From positions 1-30,031 of the forward strand of contig JBHIAV010000036.1 of the NCBI GenBank assembly GCA_046758745.1: a stretch of DNA of 30,031 nucleotides, written 5' to 3'. The notes beneath the pieces were generated by a model, which saw only the letters and a list, made by a program, of their open reading frames with translations, did not search any database and was not told where the DNA came from. Each line of letters starts with the position of its first letter. The first letter of the stretch is position 1. Positions 7,873 to 17,605 of the stretch are shown in pieces. This stretch comes from Gemmatimonadota bacterium. Its GTDB lineage: Bacteria; Gemmatimonadota; Gemmatimonadetes; Palauibacterales; Palauibacteraceae. A program made the position numbers and the translations under genes.

Positions 7873-9366
7873 TCACCTTGCCGCGGCGGTCCCGGCGTCG
7901 GTCGCCGTACGGCTTCCGTGCCCCCTCCGGCGAAGCAGCGCCACCTTCTCTTCGAGCACCTGAAGGGTGAGGTCGATCGTTTCCAGGTGCGTGCGGAAGG
8001 AGAGGACGGCGAGCCGAAGGACGAACTTTCCGTCCAGCCGGGTCGAGGATAGGAACACCCGTCCGTCCCGGTGAACCTCCTCGATCAGCGCCCGGTTGAA
8101 CGCGTCGGCATCACCCGTCTCGGGCACCCACCGGTAGGTGGCGACCGACAGCTCCGGCTGCGGTCCGACCTCGAAGCCGAGCTTCCGGACCTTCCCGCTG
8201 AAATAGCGGGTCAGGAGGAGCTTTTCCTCCAGGCATGCCCGGAACGGCCCGACCCCGTGCAGCATGAGCGGCAGCCACAGCCGCATCCCGCGAAAGTGCT
8301 TCGTGAGCTCGGGGGACAGCTCGGCCGGCGACTCGATCGCCACCGACTCCTCCGATACGGTGTCCTGCATGTAGTTGGCCCGATACCGATGCGCCCGGGC
8401 CAGGGCGCGGCGATCCTTCACCAGCACCGCCCCCGTGCCGTACGGGAGGAAGAGCCCCTTGTGCGGGTCCAGCACGATCGAATCGGAGAGCTCCATGCCG
8501 GCGAGTCTCGGCCGCACCTCCTCGCACAGGACGAAGAAGCCCCCGTAGGCCGCATCGATGTGGTACCACAGGCCGTGCTCCCCCGCGATGCGGCCCAGCT
8601 CCTCGAGCGGGTCGATGGCCCCTACGTCCGTCGTGCCGGCCGACGCGATGATGAGCCACGGCCGGAGACCCGTGGCTCGATCCTCCGCGATCGCCGCCTC
8701 CAGGGCGGCCGGCACCATGCGGTACCGCTCGTCGAGGGAAAGGTACCGCCGAACGCATTCCCCCAGCCCGGCCACGCGAAGGGCCTTATCGATGCAGTGA
8801 TGAACGTGGTCCGAGAGGTAGACGACGGCGCGCTCGAAGTCCCGGGCCCGCAGGCCGCCTGCGTCCCGGGCAGTGACGATGGCGATGAGGTTCGCGATGC
8901 TGCCGCCGGAGGCGAGGTTGCCGCCTGAGCCGGCCGGGTATCCGACCAACCCGGCCATCCAGTCGAGCAGGAGGTTCTCCATCTCGACGGCCCCGGGGCC
9001 CGCGAAGCGCACCCCGGCGTAGCGATTCGTCACGTCGGCCATGTAGTCGCCGAGCGCCGAGGTGTAGATCCCTCCACCTGGGATGTATGCGAGGTGGCCT
9101 CCGGAGGCGGGGTTCAGACCCGGTCGGTCCACGCAGTCCCGGACGGCCCGCAGCGCCTTCTCGATCTCGGTCGCCTCCTCCGGGATCGGGAGGCTCCGAA
9201 GCTCCCTGGCTCGCGACTTGTCGATCTCGTATGCCGGGAGCTCGTGGATCCTGTCCAGGAACCCCTCCGTGTAGTCGAGCACCCGGTCGCGGAGTCGCTT
9301 CCGCTCGTCGCGGTCCGGCTCGAGGCGCCGGCTGATCTCTTCCAGTCTCTTGATCCGATCGATCAT
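7873..9366 (-). CDS. group II PLP-dependent decarboxylase (aromatic-L-amino-acid decarboxylase-like)
   Basis: SGGSIAN, SAGTT..GAIDP, HIDAAYGG, PLP-lysine motif LDPHKGL, R.A.LSFRT. Confidence 0.9.
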   Translation of the reverse strand: MIDRIKRLEEISRRLEPDRDERKRLRDRVLDYTEGFLDRIHELPAYEIDKSRARELRSLPIPEEATEIEKALRAVRDCVDRPGLNPASGGHLAYIPGGGIYTSALGDYMADVTNRYAGVRFAGPGAVEMENLLLDWMAGLVGYPAGSGGNLASGGSIANLIAIVTARDAGGLRARDFERAVVYLSDHVHHCIDKALRVAGLGECVRRYLSLDERYRMVPAALEAAIAEDRATGLRPWLIIASAGTTDVGAIDPLEELGRIAGEHGLWYHIDAAYGGFFVLCEEVRPRLAGMELSDSIVLDPHKGLFLPYGTGAVLVKDRRALARAHRYRANYMQDTVSEESVAIESPAELSPELTKHFRGMRLWLPLMLHGVGPFRACLEEKLLLTRYFSGKVRKLGFEVGPQPELSVATYRWVPETGDADAFNRALIEEVHRDGRVFLSSTRLDGKFVLRLAVLSFRTHLETIDLTLQVLEEKVALLRRRGHGSRTATDAGTAAAR

Positions 9367-9609
9367 GAGCTTCGTCCCAGGCCGTACGGACCTATGAGTC
9401 GTATCCCACCCCCGCCGGTCGGCCGATTCTAGGCCAGCTAATCTGAACTCCGGCCGATCATTTGGGGATGGGCGCGCACCTGTCGCAAGGTCCGAGGCGG
9501 GGAGAGAGGCCCCGCCGAGCGGCCTGCCCAGCCGGGTGACCGCGGTGGAGGGACACAGACAGCGGCCGGCGACCAGTTCCTTCAGGCTAGGGGGCTGGAG
9601 GTTCGGCCG

Positions 9610-11487
9610 CTATCGGTCGGCGGTCTCGACCTTCCAGCCCTCCACCTGGCCCCGGTTCTGCTCGTCCAGCCACCTCTTCAGGGGAGCGAAGTAGTCGAGA
9701 ATCGCCGTGGCATCCATCTCTCGCTCCCCCGTCATGGCGAAGAGCGCATCCGGCCACGGGAGGCTCTGACCGAGCTCGAGCATCGCCTTCAGCTTACCGC
9801 CGGCTTCCCGGCTCCCGTAGATGGAGCAGCGGTGCAGCGGGCCCTCGTACCCTGCCGCGCGGCACAGGGCGCGATGGAACTGAAACTGTAGGATGTGCGC
9901 GATGAAGTAGCGCGTGTAGGAGACGTTCGCCGGGATGTGGTACTTCGCACCCGGATCGAAATGCTCCTCCGTGCGCTCCACGGGCGCGGCGACCCCCTGA
10001 TATCGGTCCCGCAGTGCCCACCACGCCCTGTTATAATCCTCCGGTCTCACCTCGCCCGAAAAGACCTGCCAGCGCCACTTGTCGATGAGAAGGCCGAAGG
10101 GCAGGAACGCCACCTTGTCGAGCGCGCGCCGCAGAAGGAGGCCGACGTCGCTCTCGGGGCCCGGGACTCGGTCGAGAAGCCCGATCCGCCTCAGGTACTC
10201 GGGCGTGATGGACAGCGCGACGGCGTCACCGATCGCTTCGTGAAAACCTCCGTTCGCTCCGCCCCGGAAGAGATACGGCTGCTCCTTGTAAGCTCGCTGA
10301 TAGAAGTTGTGGCCGAGCTCGTGGTGAATGGTCGAGAAGTCCTCACCATCCACCTCGATGCACATCTTGATCCGGATGTCGTCCCGGTCGTCGATGTCCC
10401 ACGCGCTGGCGTGGCAGATGACGTCCCGGTCGCGCGGCTTCACGAAGAGGGAGCGCTCCCAGAAAGTCTCGGGCAAAGGCTCGAATCCGAGGGATGTGAA
10501 GAAGCCCTCGCCGTAGCGCACCATCTCCCGGGGGTCGATCCCCCTGGCCCGGAGAAGGTCGGTGAGCTCGTACGTGGCCTCGTCACCGGGCGGCGCCACC
10601 AGGTCGTAGATGCCGGTCCAGTCCTGCGCCCACATGTTGCCGAGGAGGTGTGCCGGGATCATGCCGTCCTGTGGAACGAGATCCGTCCCGTACGCCTCAC
10701 CCAGTCGTCTGCGCACGTAGCTGTGGAGCGACACATAGAGCGGCTTCACCTGCTGCCACAGGCGTTCCACCTCCGCCGCGAACTCCTCCGGAGAGAGGTC
10801 GTACCGCGACCGCCACATCGCGCCGGTATCCTCGAAACCGAGCTCACGGGCGCCCTCGTTGGAGAGCTCGACGAACCGCCGGTACCGCTCCCGCATCGGC
10901 GGGGAGACGGTGCGCCACCCCTGCCAGATCTCCAGCAGCTCCCGCGGATCGCGGCTCCTGGCCATCCGCTTGCCCAGCGCCGTGATGCCGAGGCACCTCT
11001 CGTCGGAGGCTCCCGGCGCATCCCGTGCGCCCTTGAGACAGTACTTCCCGCTCCCGTAGTCGCTTTTCATCCCCACCGTAAGGGAGGTCAGCTTCGCCGC
11101 CTTCTCCGGATCCGACGGCGGGGGCGCGGAGAGGCCGAGCTTCAGGAGCTTGAACTTCCGGGCGAGCCGCGGCGGAAGCTCCATGCCGTCGAACCGCCGG
11201 GCCTCCATGGCGAGGCTCTGGACCGCCAGGCTGTACTCGGTCTGCGCATCCGCCGCCAGCGCTTCCGTGTCGACGGTGATGAAATTGGCGGCCACCCAGG
11301 CCGCGCGCGCCGTCCGGAGGCTGAGCTCCTCGAGCCGGGCCTCGGCCCGCGCCATGAAAGCCTCCGCCTCGTCCACGCCGGGCCGGAGCTCGCGATCCGT
11401 TCGACCGTACACGGCCTGGGCGCTCGCGCCGGGCGCGAACGCGAACAGAAGCGCCGCCAGCGGCGGCAGGGTCGCCACGTGCTTCAC
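9610..11487 (-). CDS. M2 family metallopeptidase (peptidyl-dipeptidase A, ACE-like), secreted
   Basis: Signal peptide ASA-Q; PAHLLGNMWAQ, CHASAWD, zinc motif HHELGH, FHEAIGD, FDPGAKYHIP. Confidence 0.95.
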   Translation of the reverse strand: MKHVATLPPLAALLFAFAPGASAQAVYGRTDRELRPGVDEAEAFMARAEARLEELSLRTARAAWVAANFITVDTEALAADAQTEYSLAVQSLAMEARRFDGMELPPRLARKFKLLKLGLSAPPPSDPEKAAKLTSLTVGMKSDYGSGKYCLKGARDAPGASDERCLGITALGKRMARSRDPRELLEIWQGWRTVSPPMRERYRRFVELSNEGARELGFEDTGAMWRSRYDLSPEEFAAEVERLWQQVKPLYVSLHSYVRRRLGEAYGTDLVPQDGMIPAHLLGNMWAQDWTGIYDLVAPPGDEATYELTDLLRARGIDPREMVRYGEGFFTSLGFEPLPETFWERSLFVKPRDRDVICHASAWDIDDRDDIRIKMCIEVDGEDFSTIHHELGHNFYQRAYKEQPYLFRGGANGGFHEAIGDAVALSITPEYLRRIGLLDRVPGPESDVGLLLRRALDKVAFLPFGLLIDKWRWQVFSGEVRPEDYNRAWWALRDRYQGVAAPVERTEEHFDPGAKYHIPANVSYTRYFIAHILQFQFHRALCRAAGYEGPLHRCSIYGSREAGGKLKAMLELGQSLPWPDALFAMTGEREMDATAILDYFAPLKRWLDEQNRGQVEGWKVETADR

Positions 11488-11526
11488 CTTACCCTCTCAC
11501 CGAAACGGTTGGAATCGCGCGGGCAC

Positions 11527-14037
11527 TCAGCGACTGGCCCGGGTCGCGCCGCGATCGCGTGTCCGCCCCGCCTCTCTCAGCAACCGGTTCATCAGCTCGA
11601 TGTGCTGTTCGTCCGTGAGCCGCCCGGGAGTGGCGAACTTGGACCACAGCCTCTCGTTGGTCATCTCCCGGTGGCAGCCCATGCACAGGCCGGTGCGCCG
11701 CAGGCGACGGCGCTCACGATCGGAGAGCGCTCGAGACAGCGGCCAGTGGGTGCCCACCGTCTGCACCTGATTGCCGTCCCTATCCACGATGGTCGACCAG
11801 TCGAAGTCGAGGCCGGGGATCGACTGAATCTGCACCTGGTAGCGCTTCGGGATGATCTCGCCGGTCCGCTGGTCCATCAGATCCTCGACGATCTCTTCCG
11901 CATAGCGCGTCTGGAACGTCCCGCCACCGATGCCGTAGCCCAGCGCCTTCGGGTTGTTGTGGCAGCTCTCGCAGGTCCGGGCCTTCCGCTGGGCAGAGTG
12001 CGGCTGAACGGGAGACATGTCTATGGCCAGGGGGACGTGCTCCTGCCCCAGCTCCTTGGCCTCATCTTCGGATCTCTCGATTCGGTTGACGACGAGGGCC
12101 TCTCCATCCCGGCCGATCACGGTGAAGGCGACCTGACAGCCGGGCATCAGCGGCGTGATCCTTCCCTCGCCGTTCACCCCGAGCACCGGCTCTTCCCATC
12201 GGAGGTACGAGCGCGTCTCGAAGATCTTTCCGGGACTCTGGATCCCGGGGGTGCCGAGCGCCGACTCGGCGGTCTGGCCATCCGAGGTTCGCTTCGACCC
12301 CGAGGCGACCCAATCCGTGCCGGCGTACGGCACTCCATCGTCGTCGGCGCCGTAGTTGACCTGCACGTGGCAGCCGTAACACTGCGGCACCCAGGAGGCG
12401 TGGCACGCGTAACACTCCAACTGCTCCGCGTGGGCGCGGACTCGCTCCATGGCAACTCTCGCGTCCGCGCTCTTCCAGGTCCCCGCGAGGGCGATCGTCT
12501 TGAGCTGGGGCACGTCGAAGTCGACCCCGGTAGCCGAGTGCAGGATCACCCGGTCGCCGTCCCGGACGACGTTACCGAACGGGTTGCCTCGCGCCGTCAG
12601 CAGGTACCCATCGGACGCCTCGTACAGCGTCGCGAAGAATTCTGTTTCGGGAAGCGGTGCATCGGTCACGCCACGCGCCCCTCCATCCAGCTCTCTCCCG
12701 AACTCCTCTCCGAAGCCCAGAGGTAGCTCCCACGGATACAGCTCCGGCGTGCCGTGGCAGTCCGCGCACTCGATCTCCACCTGGGCGAGCGTCGTGCCGG
12801 AGATGTTCCCATCCCCGTGGATGTCGAGCGTGGTGTGACAGTCCTGGCACAGCAGCCCGCCTTGCGGGTTTCCGGGACGGCTCTCGATCTGGTGGTGGAG
12901 GTCGTCCGAGATGAAGAGGTACTTCTTCGTGTGTAGCGGCGGCTGCTTGTCGCCCGCCTCATTGAAGGGGCTCCCGTACTCGAACTCCATCAGTCCTTGA
13001 TAGGTCACGCCGATGCGTTTGCCCCGATTGTGGCAGGAGTTGCACGTCTCCACCGGAATGCCGCCGCCCGCCTCGCGGGTGCCGTGGATGCGGTGGGTGA
13101 GCATGTGTCCCGGCTCTTCGCGGTCGATCGTCGGGTCGCCGCCCTCGTAGTAGCCTTCGTTGCCGTACAGAACGTGACAGGCGGAGCAGCCCATCCCCCG
13201 ATAGTCACCCCGCCGCTCGCGCCCGCGCACCGCGACGTGGCAGCGCTGGCACTCCTGGCGCTGGTAGGTGAAGCCGGCCAGGTTCGGCTGCTCTTCGATC
13301 TCGTCCACCGAAGGGTTGGGGAGCTGTGAGAGCTCGGTGGGAAACTGGTCCGGATAGGCCGCGATGAGCCGGCCCATGTATGCCTTGTACGCCTCGGTTC
13401 CCACACTCGGGATCTGGCCGTCCTCATCCGCCACCGCGTAGTTGCCGTACGGAACCTTGTAGTACTGCACTTCCCGGATGCCCCAGGTATGGAGGTTTCC
13501 CTGGATCTTGCCCGCCTCCGTGTTCATGAGGGCCCGCTCGAGCCGGTAGGCGTATCCCTGGTGGCACTGACCGCAGGTCCGGTCGGCAACCCAGATGCTG
13601 CCGGGGTCGGGGTAGAACTCACGCGGGCCGGTGTCCGGGACGCCTTCCGGGATGCCCTGGTGCGCCTCCTCCGCCGTCGCCGCGTCCGGCGTGCCGCCGT
13701 GGCACACCACGCATCCATCCGGATCGCCGAACGCTCCACCGAACGCGCGGATCTGGAGAAGCATCCCGCTCCCCTCCTCGCGGATCGGCTCGATCCCCTG
13801 GTGACAGCTCAGGCAGCCCGTCCCCTCGGTCCGCACTCCCGCCGTCTGGGCCGCTTCCTCGGCGACCTGCGCGCCCTGTCGGTCTTGCCCGCAGCCCGAA
13901 AGGAGCGCCAGCACCGCCGCCGCACCGGCGAGTACCGGGAAGCCGACTCGGCGCGTACGGGCTCGTCGAGCGGGCCCCGCGTGAGGGCCGGCGTCCGGGC
14001 GGCGGCATTCTCTACACATGGCGGATCGACGGCTCAT
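11527..14037 (-). CDS. multiheme (12 CxxCH) c-type cytochrome lipoprotein
   Basis: Lipobox LLSGC; CLSCH, CVVCH, CGQCH, CQRCH, CSACH, CNSCH, CQDCH, CADCH, CYACH, CYGCH, CESCH, CMGCH. ATG 14037 overlaps the porin stop (ATGA). Confidence 0.92.
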   Translation of the reverse strand: MSRRSAMCRECRRPDAGPHAGPARRARTRRVGFPVLAGAAAVLALLSGCGQDRQGAQVAEEAAQTAGVRTEGTGCLSCHQGIEPIREEGSGMLLQIRAFGGAFGDPDGCVVCHGGTPDAATAEEAHQGIPEGVPDTGPREFYPDPGSIWVADRTCGQCHQGYAYRLERALMNTEAGKIQGNLHTWGIREVQYYKVPYGNYAVADEDGQIPSVGTEAYKAYMGRLIAAYPDQFPTELSQLPNPSVDEIEEQPNLAGFTYQRQECQRCHVAVRGRERRGDYRGMGCSACHVLYGNEGYYEGGDPTIDREEPGHMLTHRIHGTREAGGGIPVETCNSCHNRGKRIGVTYQGLMEFEYGSPFNEAGDKQPPLHTKKYLFISDDLHHQIESRPGNPQGGLLCQDCHTTLDIHGDGNISGTTLAQVEIECADCHGTPELYPWELPLGFGEEFGRELDGGARGVTDAPLPETEFFATLYEASDGYLLTARGNPFGNVVRDGDRVILHSATGVDFDVPQLKTIALAGTWKSADARVAMERVRAHAEQLECYACHASWVPQCYGCHVQVNYGADDDGVPYAGTDWVASGSKRTSDGQTAESALGTPGIQSPGKIFETRSYLRWEEPVLGVNGEGRITPLMPGCQVAFTVIGRDGEALVVNRIERSEDEAKELGQEHVPLAIDMSPVQPHSAQRKARTCESCHNNPKALGYGIGGGTFQTRYAEEIVEDLMDQRTGEIIPKRYQVQIQSIPGLDFDWSTIVDRDGNQVQTVGTHWPLSRALSDRERRRLRRTGLCMGCHREMTNERLWSKFATPGRLTDEQHIELMNRLLREAGRTRDRGATRASR

Positions 14038-15182
14038 TGGAGTCTCCACGAGAAGTTCAGATCAAGCCTGAATCGCTTCTGAAACTCGTCCTCGCGCGGC
14101 TCGTTGCGGGCGCTCCACAGCGTCCATACGTGGGCATTCGCGAAGGGCAGATACTGTATGGCGAAGCCGAGCAGATGGCCGCGAAAGTTGGCCGCATCCA
14201 GGAAATCGTCCTGCGCCACCGGCGAGAATATCGCCTCCCGGCCAAAGTCCTGATAGCGGTACGCCAACCGCCACTGTCCGGGGCGACCCAGCCGGCCCAC
14301 CACGCCGCCCACCGCGAACCCGTCGTCGTCGAAACCGGACGCCGCGGACGCGTTCACCACATACTCGGCCGCCGCGGCGACGGGTACGGGCAACCCGTCA
14401 TAAATCAGCGCCGCGTGAGCGTTCCAGATGGAGAACTCGGAGGCGAAGGCGATCGTATCGCCCGCCGCGTCCGTGACCAGCGAGTTGCCCTGATTCTGGC
14501 GTCCCAGCTCGCGAGCGCCACCGGCGTCGGGGGTTCCGTAGATGTAGGTCCCCACGGCCGCGTCGAGGCGAAGCCGGCTCGCCGGCTGCAGCCTCACCGC
14601 CGCCTGTGCCGCGCCGAGGTTCACGTCCTTGCCGCCGCCCCGGTGGAGAAGCAGATAGCCGCCCCCGGCAAGCCGCAGCTCCGGTACCGGCTCGAAGAGG
14701 GCGGCGATTCCCTCCGGCTGAACGTCCGCGTCCCATACGAGCTCTCCGAAGACCGCCGGCATGGCGAACACATGCGGGAACTTTCCCGCTCTGATCTCGA
14801 GCAGCTGTGGAATGCGGGGGCGCCATCTGACGTACACGCGGTCCAGGGCCACGCGGGGATTCCGGAACGCCTCGCCCAGAGTCTGGTGCGTCGAGTTCGG
14901 GTCGTCGGGGTCCGGGGCGGTAACCAGGCGGGCGCCGACGGCGATGCCGGCGCCCAGCTCTCCCTCCGCCGCTATCCGGAATCGGACTCTGGCCCGCTCG
15001 CGGTCGGGGGCGCTCCGGCGGTCGCGGTCCACCTCGCCGCGCAGCCGGAAGTCACCGGAAAGGCGCCACCGCGGCGCGGAGTCCTGCGAGGCCTCCTGGG
15101 CGAGGGCAGCTCCGGGGGTCGTGAGTGCCAGGAGGACCGCCCCGCAGCAGGCCAGCCGGGGAATGGCCGGCAGCCGTTTCAT
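14034..15182 (-). CDS. putative porin (Porin_5-like outer-membrane beta-barrel)
   Basis: Signal peptide ALA-QE; SGDFRLR.E, R.R.RFRI, DPNSTHQTL, LDRVY, LVWDADVQPEG, terminal strand RLDLNFSW. Start set at MKRLPA. Confidence 0.8.
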   Translation of the reverse strand: MKRLPAIPRLACCGAVLLALTTPGAALAQEASQDSAPRWRLSGDFRLRGEVDRDRRSAPDRERARVRFRIAAEGELGAGIAVGARLVTAPDPDDPNSTHQTLGEAFRNPRVALDRVYVRWRPRIPQLLEIRAGKFPHVFAMPAVFGELVWDADVQPEGIAALFEPVPELRLAGGGYLLLHRGGGKDVNLGAAQAAVRLQPASRLRLDAAVGTYIYGTPDAGGARELGRQNQGNSLVTDAAGDTIAFASEFSIWNAHAALIYDGLPVPVAAAAEYVVNASAASGFDDDGFAVGGVVGRLGRPGQWRLAYRYQDFGREAIFSPVAQDDFLDAANFRGHLLGFAIQYLPFANAHVWTLWSARNEPREDEFQKRFRLDLNFSWRLQ

Positions 15183-15491
15183 CGCATGGGGCTGCGAGCC
15201 GTAAGGCAAGAACCGGAACTCGACACGGCGGTCACTCCGTTGGGTTCGTTGTCAGGACCAGGCAGAACTCCGGTCGGAGAGCCCGGACCTCTCTCGCTCC
15301 ATCAGCGTGGCGCGCCGGGCCGCGCCGGCGCCGCTGGTTCAGAGAGACCGGCTGACCCGATGGAATCACCGTTGCAGGCTTGACCTTAGCCGCCCGATGT
15401 CGTGCCGTCTCGTCGGGAAGAGCTCGCGGCCGGATGTAGGGCATCTCCCCAGGCCACCCCACCGACGACCGGACCAGGGACCAGCTGCCGG

Positions 15492-16916
15492 CTACGCTAC
15501 GGAGTCCGTTGCCCGGGCATCTCGCGGGAGACGCACCCGAAAGAGCGCGCCCCCTGCAGGGCGATTCTCGGCCGTGACGCTCCCCCCGTGGGCCACGGCG
15601 ATGGCTCGGACGATCGACAGGCCGAGGCCGCTGCCCTCGACCCGCGTCCGCGAGGCATCCCCGCGCACAAAGCGATCGAAGAGGCTGTCCAGCGCTTCCT
15701 CCTCGATGCCCGGACCCGAATCCGCCACCTCGAGCACCGCCATCCCATCGTCGGCGGTCACCGAGACGTCCACCCTCCCTCCGGGGGGCGAGAACTTGAT
15801 CGCGTTGTCGAGGAGATTCCAGATGAGGCGATCGATGAGCTCCGGGTCGTAGTAACCGGTGGTCCGCCCTCGCGCGTTCACCTCCAGCCGGATGTTCCTC
15901 TCGTCCGCCCGCTTCCCGATGCGCCCAACGGTGCTCCGCGCGCGGTCGGCCAGATCGATTCTCTCTCGGCGCGGCTGCATGACCCCCGCATCGGAGCGGG
16001 CCAGGGTCAGGAGGTTCTGCGCGAGGTTCGAGAGCCTCTCCGTCTCCTCCAGCGCGCTGTCGATCACCCGCCGATACTCCTCGGGGCTCCGCTCGCGCCG
16101 AAGGGCCAGTTCCAGTTCCCCGCGCAGAGCGGTAAGGGGCGACCGTAGCTCGTGACCCGCATCCGCCGTGAAGCGGCGCTGCGCCTCGAACGCGGCATCG
16201 ATCCGCCCCAGCATCGTGTTCAGCACCTCGACCAGTCGGTGGTATTCGCGCCATTCGGCGTGGGCGCTGATGCGCCGGCCGAGCGTGTTGGCGCCGATCT
16301 CCTCCGCCTGATCGATGACCTCGCGCACGGGACGCAGGCTCGTGGCCGCTAGCCACCAGGCCCCGACGAAGGTGCCGCCCGACACGACAAGGACCAGTCC
16401 GACCAGGAAGAAGGCGGTCCTCCGCAGAGTCTTGTTGCGCCACGTGAGGGGAGCCGCCACCTGCAGCACGTGGCGGGCGTGGCCCGGACTGAGGCGGCCC
16501 AGCGGATAGTACACCGAGCGAATCGCCTCCCCCCGGAATCGATTCTCCCTCCAGATCAGCTCTCCGGTCACCGCTCGCCGCAGCGCCGCCGTGTCCACGG
16601 GAAGGTCCTCTGCCAGGTACTCGCTCCGCAGCAGGCTCTCCCCGGACTCGCTCCAAACCTGCAGATAGCGGTTCAGGTCCTTGAGCGAGGCCGCTTCCTC
16701 CGGGGTGAGGTTCCACTCGTGGAAGAACATCACGCCCGCGGGGTCATCGGCAACCGTCGCCGCCTGGATCGAGGCGACGCTCATCACGCTCGCGTCGATC
16801 TGACGGTCGAGGGTCTCTCGAACAACCAGGTAGCCGAGCCCGGCCGCCGCGGAGAGGCCGAGCGTCATCGTCGCGCCGTAGCGAAAGGCGAGCTGGAGGC
16901 AGACGGAGCGTCTCAT
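15492..16916 (-). CDS. heavy-metal-type sensor histidine kinase (CusS/CzcS-like)
   Basis: Two TMs, HAMP domain, H-box FTADAGHELRSPL, N-box NLLDNAIKFS, DSGPGI, GSGLGLSI. Start set at MRRSV. Confidence 0.88.
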   Translation of the reverse strand: MRRSVCLQLAFRYGATMTLGLSAAAGLGYLVVRETLDRQIDASVMSVASIQAATVADDPAGVMFFHEWNLTPEEAASLKDLNRYLQVWSESGESLLRSEYLAEDLPVDTAALRRAVTGELIWRENRFRGEAIRSVYYPLGRLSPGHARHVLQVAAPLTWRNKTLRRTAFFLVGLVLVVSGGTFVGAWWLAATSLRPVREVIDQAEEIGANTLGRRISAHAEWREYHRLVEVLNTMLGRIDAAFEAQRRFTADAGHELRSPLTALRGELELALRRERSPEEYRRVIDSALEETERLSNLAQNLLTLARSDAGVMQPRRERIDLADRARSTVGRIGKRADERNIRLEVNARGRTTGYYDPELIDRLIWNLLDNAIKFSPPGGRVDVSVTADDGMAVLEVADSGPGIEEEALDSLFDRFVRGDASRTRVEGSGLGLSIVRAIAVAHGGSVTAENRPAGGALFRVRLPRDARATDSVA

Positions 16917-16924
16917 CCGGCTTT

Positions 16925-17605
16925 CTACTCGGGCGCCGTGCGGCTCAGCATGAATCCGACGCCCCGCACGGTGTGGATCAGGGGGCTCCGTCCGCCGCGC
17001 CGGAGCTTCTGACGCAGGTTGGCCACATGCACATCCACCACATTGCTCATCGGGTCGAAGTGCTCGTCCCACACCTTCTCGAGCAACTCCGTCCGCCGCA
17101 CCGCCTGTTCAGGCCGCAGGAGCAGGTACTCCAGGAGCTGGAACTCTTTCGGGGTCAGGCCCAGGCGTTCTCCCGCGCGCGAAGCCGTGTGCCCGATCCG
17201 GTCGAGTTCCAGGTCGTTGTACACCAGGAGCTCCGGACGGCTCGGTCCGCCGCGGCGAAGCAGGGCCCGGACCCTGGCCAGGAGCTCGTCGAAGCTGAAC
17301 GGCTTCGTGAGATAGTCATCCGCCCCGATGTCGAGGCCCCGAACCACATCTTCCGTGGAGTCCCGGGCCGTGAGAAGAAGGATCGGCACCGGGTCTTCCT
17401 CCTTCCTGAGCTCGCGCACGATCTCGTATCCGCTCTTTCCGGGGAGCATGATATCCAGCACCAGGAGATCGTAGTCGTAGACGTGGGCCTTCAGGGACCC
17501 ATCTACGCCGTCATGGGCCACATCGACCGCATACCCCTCCTCCCTCAGCCCTCTGGCGACGAAGCTCGCCACCTTCTCGTTATCCTCGACAACCAGCAAC
17601 CTCAT
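16925..17605 (-). CDS. OmpR-family response regulator (CusR/CzcR-like)
   Basis: MRLLVVED, LDIMLP, GADDYLTKPF, LTPKEF.LL, SNVVDVHV.NLR.K, TVRGVG. Confidence 0.93.
   Translation of the reverse strand: MRLLVVEDNEKVASFVARGLREEGYAVDVAHDGVDGSLKAHVYDYDLLVLDIMLPGKSGYEIVRELRKEEDPVPILLLTARDSTEDVVRGLDIGADDYLTKPFSFDELLARVRALLRRGGPSRPELLVYNDLELDRIGHTASRAGERLGLTPKEFQLLEYLLLRPEQAVRRTELLEKVWDEHFDPMSNVVDVHVANLRQKLRRGGRSPLIHTVRGVGFMLSRTAPE

Noticed and set aside
9895-12726. 943-aa plus-strand ORF
   Set aside because: Antisense shadow of the M2 peptidase and multiheme genes; no motifs; expected in high-GC DNA.
14002-14016. CRECR as a 13th heme site
   Set aside because: No His, and it lies in the signal region before the lipobox.
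11527-15182. Calling the pair mtrAB/mtoAB
   Set aside because: The barrel is too short, and the cytochrome size and heme spacing do not match MtrA/MtrB.
15351-15368. GCTGACCCGATGGAATC as a cop box upstream of the porin
   Set aside because: Spacer and right half deviate from the Pseudomonas cop-box pattern; may be chance.
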